DNA of 64,000 bases from Arenicellales bacterium. Lineage in GTDB: Bacteria > Pseudomonadota > Gammaproteobacteria > Arenicellales > JAJDZL01. The stretch spans positions 708,914 through 772,913 of the forward strand of contig OZ243975.1 in assembly GCA_965214785.1 (NCBI GenBank), given 5' to 3'. Below are positions 58,012-64,000 of the stretch, piece by piece. Under the pieces are notes generated by a model. That model made no database searches. It saw only the letters and a list, made by a program, of their open reading frames with translations, and was not told the origin of the DNA. Each line of letters opens with the position of its first letter. Position 1 is the stretch's first letter. The position numbers and the translations under genes were made by a program.

Positions 58012-58584
58012 ATGAAAACCGAATTTGACCAACAACTTTCTGCTTTGGTCGATGGCGAACTTGACGATCACACTCAAGAGCTTCTTCTTGCTGAAGTTGC
58101 TAAAGACGATGATTTGCGTGATCAGTTCCTCAAACTCCAACTTATGCGTCAGGCTGTGCGCGGACAGTGTTCTGCGTCTTACCTGAGAAAGTCTTTTGAA
58201 AACGAAAGTGACTTCAACAGTGTTGCTGAGCACACTTCGAAGCAGCCACAAAAGAAACAATCCAGATTGCCTGAACTTATGCAAAATTTGTTTTTTCCTG
58301 GACAGGGGAGACTTCGGTGGGCTGCCGGTGTGAGCGTGGCAATCGCTATTGGGTATTTTTCACACGATCTTGTTGAGCAGCAAATCTTCAATTCCGCTAC
58401 TGTAACCCAGCAAACTGTGGCATACAACCACGACAGCTGGCAGTTTTCATCAGATAACGGATCATCAAGAATCGAAAACTATCTCAACCAATCTCTTTTG
58501 AGTCTTGGTGATACCTCAAGTGTATTGAACCTCAACAGCAAAACCAATGCTTTGCTTGTCAGTTACAACACACAAAACCAGTAA
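58012..58584 (+). CDS. rseA: Anti-sigma-E factor (RseA/MucA-like)
   Basis: 190 aa. It has the N-terminal motif LSALVDGELDD and a central TM segment (WAAGVSVAIAIGYF). Confidence 0.8.
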   Translation: MKTEFDQQLSALVDGELDDHTQELLLAEVAKDDDLRDQFLKLQLMRQAVRGQCSASYLRKSFENESDFNSVAEHTSKQPQKKQSRLPELMQNLFFPGQGRLRWAAGVSVAIAIGYFSHDLVEQQIFNSATVTQQTVAYNHDSWQFSSDNGSSRIENYLNQSLLSLGDTSSVLNLNSKTNALLVSYNTQNQ

Positions 58585-58586
58585 GA

Positions 58587-59585
58587 TTGAAACGTCCCAT
58601 ATCAGTGCCCGTTGTGAGTAAGAAAATCCCAATTGTTTTTACGGCAATTTTATTGGCTGTGAGCTTGTTAAAAGTCGCAGCAGCCGACGATATACAAGAC
58701 GTTTTGACTGAACTCGCACACGCAGCGAGCACAACGAGTTACACAGGCACGCTTGTCTATACGCGCGGAGCTGAGTCAAAAACCATGAAAATCGCTCGAG
58801 TTGTAGACAACAATGGCTTCCAAGAGCGGATTTCAGCACTCGACGGTGCTCCATCGGAAATTTTTCGTACTAACAAAGGTGTCTGGTGTTATTTTCCAGA
58901 TCGCAACGAAGGATTCTATAAACCCAGTGACAAGCCTTTGAACAGAATAGTTGACGTCAATTTTCCCAATACCCAAGGGGTTGCCGAGTTGTATCTTATG
59001 AACTCAATCGGTCGTGAGCGAGTCGCAGGCCGTTGGGCTACTCGAACTTCTCTAACTGCTCAAGACGAATATCGCTACAGCCTGCAACTGTGGATCGATG
59101 AGACAACCGGAATGGTTCTTCGTTCAGATTTGATGGATCATTCTTCTAATGTGATTGACAGCTACAAGTTCGCTGACATTCAAATTTACAAATCTGCACC
59201 TCAAGTGCCGTTACAACCCACATTCTCTGGCAAAAATTTCCGGTGGTCCTTCGCATCAGCCAGCGTTGTCAAAGACGGTCAGACTGATTTTCTGTGGAGA
59301 TTAAAACGGGTGCCAGATGGGTTTATGGAAGTCGAGCATATTGAGAACTCATCATCTATTTCGAGCAGCGAACAGTGGGTTTATTCAGATGGTCTTGCAT
59401 CGGTAATGATCACAGTTGAAAGATTCGACAACTCTTCGGAAAATCCCAAGTTTGAAGGGGCAAGTCAACTTGGTGCTGTAAACGCATTCGGCAGAATGAT
59501 AAATGAATACCAGATTACAGCGATGGGAGAAGTCCCTGCCGACACCGTATACGAATTCGCCCATGCTGTGTACCGCATGAACTGA
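58587..59585 (+). CDS. rseB: Sigma-E regulatory protein RseB (MucB)
   Basis: 332 aa with a signal peptide. YTGTLVYTRG...ERI and Y.L.LWID..TGM are typical of RseB. Confidence 0.85.
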   Translation: MKRPISVPVVSKKIPIVFTAILLAVSLLKVAAADDIQDVLTELAHAASTTSYTGTLVYTRGAESKTMKIARVVDNNGFQERISALDGAPSEIFRTNKGVWCYFPDRNEGFYKPSDKPLNRIVDVNFPNTQGVAELYLMNSIGRERVAGRWATRTSLTAQDEYRYSLQLWIDETTGMVLRSDLMDHSSNVIDSYKFADIQIYKSAPQVPLQPTFSGKNFRWSFASASVVKDGQTDFLWRLKRVPDGFMEVEHIENSSSISSSEQWVYSDGLASVMITVERFDNSSENPKFEGASQLGAVNAFGRMINEYQITAMGEVPADTVYEFAHAVYRMN

Positions 59586-59688
59586 CAGTTAATGAGCTGT
59601 TCATACAGTTTAAGTCATCTGAGTTTTAACACAAACGCGCTACCCCTCGTGTTCGCTGACAGTCAAACAATAGTTACGACGCACATCT

Positions 59689-59925
59689 TTATGGCATAAA
59701 TGAATCGCTGTTCAATTCACCACCAAAGCGCGTATTGTGGGGGATTGTCTGCGTTATAATTTCGCTGTGAGTTGACTTTATTGTGTAATCAATAGCATCA
59801 CAGCCACCACTAGTCAATTTTGCACCACTTTCCGCAAAAAGGTGAGTTTTCTTTTTATTTACATCTCTGCATTGATTTGACAAATCGTTGTTGTCAAACA
59901 AGACAAAGCCAATGCAGTTGCGCAT
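59689..59925 (-). CDS. Hypothetical small protein; doubtful
   Basis: 78-aa ORF with no recognisable motif, in the rseB-lepB gap. Confidence 0.2.
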   Translation of the reverse strand: MRNCIGFVLFDNNDLSNQCRDVNKKKTHLFAESGAKLTSGGCDAIDYTIKSTHSEIITQTIPHNTRFGGELNSDSFMP

Positions 59926-59951
59926 CTGAACTGAATTAATCGCGTGAATTT

Positions 59952-60758
59952 ATGAACTTCGAATTAATACTGGCTATAACACTGGCTGTTACCGGACTGA
60001 TTTGGCTGATTGACTTGGTCAGCAGATTGTTTAGAAGACTGAGCACCGCAGGTGGGCCGCCCGACGCACATCCAAAGCGGGTATCGTGGGTTGTAGATTT
60101 TGCAAGATCTTTTTTTCCGGTATTATTGATTGTTTTCGCTCTGCGCTCTTTTGTGGTGGAGCCGTTTCGAATTCCATCAGGATCCATGCTTCCTACACTG
60201 AAAATTGGAGACTTTATTCTGGTGAACAAATATCGTTACGGCGTGCGATTGCCCATTGTAAATGACAAGTTAATTAACGTAGGCGCACCTCAGTACGGCG
60301 ATGTAATGGTATTTCGTTATCCGCATGACGAATCGGTCAACTATATCAAGCGAGTCATCGGTTTACCAGGTGATCGAGTTTCATATGCCGACAAGACTCT
60401 TTCAGTCAATGGACAGGTAGTTCAGCAGGAAGTTGTCGGTGACTATTCAACGATTCAGAAAGTCAACGACCGTCAGCGCAGACTGGAACTGAGCATTTTT
60501 CGGGAGTCTTTTGGCGATAAGGACACACATCAAATTCTTCACGATGAAAAAAGACCACCGCTAGATTTGGATTTTATTGTGCCTGAAGATCAGTATTTTG
60601 TTATGGGAGACAATCGCGACCATAGCAATGACAGTCGGTATTGGGGATTCGTTCCTCAAGACAACATAATTGGCAAAGCTTTTCTTGTCTGGTTCAGTTG
60701 GGACTATGCCGGTGGAAATGGCGTACACTGGGAGAGAATCGGTTCATCTATTGAATGA
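59952..60758 (+). CDS. lepB: Signal peptidase I
   Basis: 268 aa. It has the catalytic Ser motif IPSGSMLPTL, the Lys box YIKRVIGLPGD, and GDNRDHSNDSRYWGFVP. Confidence 0.95.
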   Translation: MNFELILAITLAVTGLIWLIDLVSRLFRRLSTAGGPPDAHPKRVSWVVDFARSFFPVLLIVFALRSFVVEPFRIPSGSMLPTLKIGDFILVNKYRYGVRLPIVNDKLINVGAPQYGDVMVFRYPHDESVNYIKRVIGLPGDRVSYADKTLSVNGQVVQQEVVGDYSTIQKVNDRQRRLELSIFRESFGDKDTHQILHDEKRPPLDLDFIVPEDQYFVMGDNRDHSNDSRYWGFVPQDNIIGKAFLVWFSWDYAGGNGVHWERIGSSIE

Positions 60759-60866
60759 TCCAAACCTTGACCACACAAAAGTAGTCGAACAGGTTCAGCT
60801 CTTCGTGCGGTCATCGGTCGCGTCGATAAGTATCAAACAGAACCGCACAAACAATCTCGAATCATT

Positions 60867-61550
60867 GTGGATACAGACAAACTGGTCAAATTTTCTGACA
60901 TCATTCAGTATGCCTTCGACGATTTGACGCTCTTAGAACGTGCCTTGACACACAGCAGTACGGGACAGGAGCACAACGAACGACTTGAATTTCTAGGTGA
61001 TGCGGCCCTTGGAATCGTTGTTTCAAAGTTCCTGTTTTTACGGTTTCCAGATGCTACAGAAGGGGAGTTAACCTGGCTTCGTTCGCAAATTGTAAACAAC
61101 ACGACTTCATTGAGCAGTATCGGTGAATCAATTCCACTGATGCCGTATTTGAAAGTAGACAAAGGATTCCCGATGAGTAACAAGCGTGCTCGTGGAAATC
61201 TGCTCGCAGATGCAGTTGAAGCATTGATCGGCGCAATCTACTTAGATGGGGGACTCGCAGCGGCTCAAGAGTTTATAGAAAATCAATTTTCATCGATATT
61301 GGAAAACGCAACTCTCGATGTGAAGAGAAGTTCCAAATCACTGCTTCAGGAACACTTGCAAAAAATGGCACAATCTGTACCTCAATATGAAACGATCGAA
61401 CAAAGTGGACAATTACATGCGCCGCGTTTTGTAGTGACATGTCGAATCGAGTCATTCGACATAACAGTAAAAGGAGAAGGTGGCAGCGTTAAGGAGGCAG
61501 AACAAAAAGCTGCAGCTAAAGCATATGAGCAACTTAGCAGACAAACCTGA
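60867..61550 (+). CDS. rnc: Ribonuclease III
   Basis: 227 aa. It has the signature ERLEFLGDAAL and a C-terminal dsRBD (GEGGSVKEAEQKAAAKAY). GTG start. Confidence 0.95.
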   Translation: MDTDKLVKFSDIIQYAFDDLTLLERALTHSSTGQEHNERLEFLGDAALGIVVSKFLFLRFPDATEGELTWLRSQIVNNTTSLSSIGESIPLMPYLKVDKGFPMSNKRARGNLLADAVEALIGAIYLDGGLAAAQEFIENQFSSILENATLDVKRSSKSLLQEHLQKMAQSVPQYETIEQSGQLHAPRFVVTCRIESFDITVKGEGGSVKEAEQKAAAKAYEQLSRQT

Positions 61551-62448
61551 TACTCCTGATTTTCGAGCAGGCATGATTGCTTTGGTCGGACGACCAAATG
61601 TAGGAAAGTCTACGTTGCTCAATTATTTGTTAGGCCAAAAGGTGAGCATAACGTCACGAAAAGCGAATACTACTAGAAATCGCATTATCGGAATTGCAAA
61701 TGAGCAGCACTGTCAGTATGTGTTTGTAGATTTACCGGGGATTGACAATCGTCCAAAACGTCTTGTAGAACGCTCTTTGCACAAAACAGCAACATCCAGT
61801 ATCAGTGGTGTGGACTTGGTTTTGTTGCTTGTGGAATACAAAGGGTGGCAGCAGCAGGATTTCAAAATTTGGAAACAGATTTCGCAACATGCAGTTCCCT
61901 GCGTTGTTGTCATCACGAAGATTGATCGGATGACGGACAAATCTCAATTGCTTCCGATTATGCAAGAAATATCTCAACAAACCGGAATTAATGATATTGT
62001 TCCGGTTTCAGCATTAAGAAAAGAGAATCTCAGCGACTTGAAACGAACATCTGCACGATTCTTGCCAATCAGTCAACCGCTTTTTCCACCCAATTACGTC
62101 ACAGACAAAGATGATCTTTTTTTTGCATCTGAACTCATTCGTGAACAGGTATTTCGAACTTATGGAGACGAAGTTCCATATTCGTGTGCCATTGAACTTG
62201 AACACTATGAGATAGTCGAGGATGTGCTGCACATCGATGCGTTAATTTGCGTCGAAACAGCCGGACAAAAACGAATCATTATCGGCTCCGGCGGACAAAA
62301 ACTCAAACGTATCGGCAGCGAAGTCAGGAAAAATCTTGAAGCCCGGTTGGAAACGAAAGTCTTCTTGAAGTTGTGGGTGAAAGTTCGCTCTCAGTGGACC
62401 AACAATGAACAAATGATTCACCGTTTCGGATACTCACATATGGAGTGA
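61525..62448 (+). CDS. era: GTPase Era
   Basis: The ATG at 61525 gives a 307-aa protein. It has G1 (GRPNVGKST), G3 (DLPG), G4 (TKID) and a KH domain. It overlaps the rnc 3' end. The ORF-track start at 61480 is unlikely. Confidence 0.92.
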   Translation: MSNLADKPDTPDFRAGMIALVGRPNVGKSTLLNYLLGQKVSITSRKANTTRNRIIGIANEQHCQYVFVDLPGIDNRPKRLVERSLHKTATSSISGVDLVLLLVEYKGWQQQDFKIWKQISQHAVPCVVVITKIDRMTDKSQLLPIMQEISQQTGINDIVPVSALRKENLSDLKRTSARFLPISQPLFPPNYVTDKDDLFFASELIREQVFRTYGDEVPYSCAIELEHYEIVEDVLHIDALICVETAGQKRIIIGSGGQKLKRIGSEVRKNLEARLETKVFLKLWVKVRSQWTNNEQMIHRFGYSHME

Positions 62449-62451
62449 TCG

Positions 62452-63162
62452 ATGCGCGTGTCAAATGAACGGTGTTATGTGCTGCATTCGGTTCCATACT
62501 CAGAATCCAGCTTGGTGGTAAACTTCTTTTCGGAAAATTACGGCCGAATCAACCTTCTGACAAAAGGCGCACGCAGAGTAAAATCCCAGTTCCGCGGACT
62601 GATCCGTCCGTTTGTATTGCTAAAAGGCAGTTGGAAAGGTAAGGGTAACGTCCCTGTTCTTATCAATTTAACCAGTGATGCTGGTGCTTTTCAGATATCC
62701 GATCAGGTTTATTATTGCTGCACTTATCTAAACGAACTCATCATGCGTCTTTTGGCCGACAGAGATCCGCATCAAGAGTTATTCGGAATTTATGAATCCA
62801 CGTTGGATTCACTTATTGTTGAACATACAGAGCCTTTTACTGCACTTCGCATTTTTGAAAAGAATCTTCTGCAGCAGTTGGGTTATGAGTTGGTTCTTAC
62901 AACCGAGTCTGACCGCAAGACACCGATTGATGCACACGACTACTATCTCTACGATTTTGGCAGTGGGCCGATTCGATCAAGCAGCAAAGAACCAGCATCT
63001 TTCTCGGGAAGAACCTTGATGGCAATCAGTCAGGGAGAGTTTGTTACGGAGCAGACAAAAACTGAAAGCAGAAAATTTATGGAAACGGTATTGGCTCACC
63101 ATCTCGAAGGAAAACGAATACACAGTCGCGGAATATACGGTCAAACGCTTCGAAAAACATAG
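62452..63162 (+). CDS. recO: DNA repair protein RecO
   Basis: 236 aa. It starts ERCYVLHSVPYSESSLVVNFFSENYGRINLLTKGARR and lies in era-recO synteny. Confidence 0.9.
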   Translation: MRVSNERCYVLHSVPYSESSLVVNFFSENYGRINLLTKGARRVKSQFRGLIRPFVLLKGSWKGKGNVPVLINLTSDAGAFQISDQVYYCCTYLNELIMRLLADRDPHQELFGIYESTLDSLIVEHTEPFTALRIFEKNLLQQLGYELVLTTESDRKTPIDAHDYYLYDFGSGPIRSSSKEPASFSGRTLMAISQGEFVTEQTKTESRKFMETVLAHHLEGKRIHSRGIYGQTLRKT

Positions 63163-63177
63163 AGAGTATAGCATTCG

Positions 63178-63459
63178 CTATTTTTTGCGCTGCGCAGCAA
63201 ATCCCGGTGGAAGTTTTCCCAGGTCTCCTTCTCCGAACAGAAAACCGAGCATATGCTGCTCGATTAATTTTTGGGTGTCCAAGTCTCCAGTGGTCATCTG
63301 GTTTTCATTGATAATGGTAACAAGGCGTTCCAGCCATTGTTTCCATCCTTCTCGCGAGACATTTTCGAGAATTCTCTGACCCAATTCACCAGGATAGGGA
63401 GGCGCGTCTAACGCTTCGGCTTTTTCATTCAGTACAACACAGTCAACCAGTTTAGGCAT
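63178..63459 (-). CDS. yggX: Fe(2+)-trafficking/oxidative-damage protection protein YggX
   Basis: 93 aa. PYPGELGQRILENVSREGWKQWLERLVTIINE aligns with E. coli YggX ([22 protein letters not shown]...LINE). Confidence 0.88.
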   Translation of the reverse strand: MPKLVDCVVLNEKAEALDAPPYPGELGQRILENVSREGWKQWLERLVTIINENQMTTGDLDTQKLIEQHMLGFLFGEGDLGKLPPGFAAQRKK

Positions 63460-64000
63460 GGCAGTTTCCTTGTCTCAATAGATGATGGTGAAGCTTGGAA
63501 TATAGATTAACGACAAAGTGCGCCTTGTTCAAATCTATGGGTGCTTTTCATCGTTGTCGTCAAGTAGAAAAATTCGAAGCAATCGTTGCTCTACACAATA
63601 TGATTTGGGCAGGCTATGACAATCAGACAGCTATGTAAATCTATAGATTTGAATTACGTTGTTGTTAATGAGGTAACGTTTTACAGACAGACGAAGATTT
63701 TCTTGGAATAGCATTAATTTTATCTGGAATTTTCAGAAGTTCAAGAAACTTTGAATTCAAAAACAACGGGAGTCGAAGAGATAAAGTTCATTTTTACGAA
63801 TGTGGTGAATTGAATCCATTACAGAAACTCGCCAAACAAATTCTCTGAGACAGACAGTCGAGTGAGCGAATGGCGGCTAATTCAGCAGCAATTTGTCACC
63901 AGTTACAAATTTGCGTCGAACTGGGACTGTGGCAATCGCCAAAGATGATTGGCAACTAAATTTGGAGATTCAAGTGTCAAGATCCGTTCACGCCAACTTG

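Overview
The window is a gammaproteobacterial chromosome segment made mostly of conserved housekeeping genes. Family calls rest on motifs read by eye from the translations; no HMM or BLAST search was possible. The core blocks, in order, are:
- (rpsF)-rpsR-rplI-dnaB-alr
- dapD-glnD-map on the minus strand
- rpsB-tsf-pyrH-frr-uppS-cdsA-dxr-rseP-bamA-skp-lpxD-fabZ-lpxA-lpxB-rnhB-dnaE-accA-tilS
- pyrG-kdsA-eno-ftsB, then ygfZ
- a DUF1674/SDHAF4-like gene followed by sdhCDAB-sdhE, then malic enzyme
- nadB divergent from rpoE-rseA-rseB
- lepB-rnc-era-recO, then yggX

Gene order is Pseudomonas-like: there is no priB, and dxr follows cdsA. I found no rRNA, tRNA, CRISPR array, integrase or transposase.

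Two accessory regions stand out.

1. About 12.7 kb sits between map and rpsB, which are normally adjacent and divergent. It carries glpK, a 913-aa secreted cadherin-like/arylsulfotransferase-like beta-propeller protein with a C10 homopolymer in its 5' end, and a 2327-aa Calx-beta/FN3 autotransporter. The autotransporter ORF contains a roughly 2.9-kb very GC-rich mosaic segment. An orphan PD-(D/E)XK-like gene closes the region.

2. At 47.3-49.4 kb on the minus strand, an Rpn/YhgA-like PD-(D/E)XK nuclease gene is followed by a tandem array. The array re-encodes only the gene's C-terminal tail as two intact stand-alone small ORFs plus a decayed remnant. The copies differ in the number of a 12-bp coding repeat. 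This is my best candidate for an undescribed system, possibly an extragenic version of the Rpn long/short toxin-antitoxin arrangement.

Smaller oddities are long acidic C-terminal extensions on ribosomal proteins S2 and L9, and an sdh operon flanked by two assembly-factor genes.
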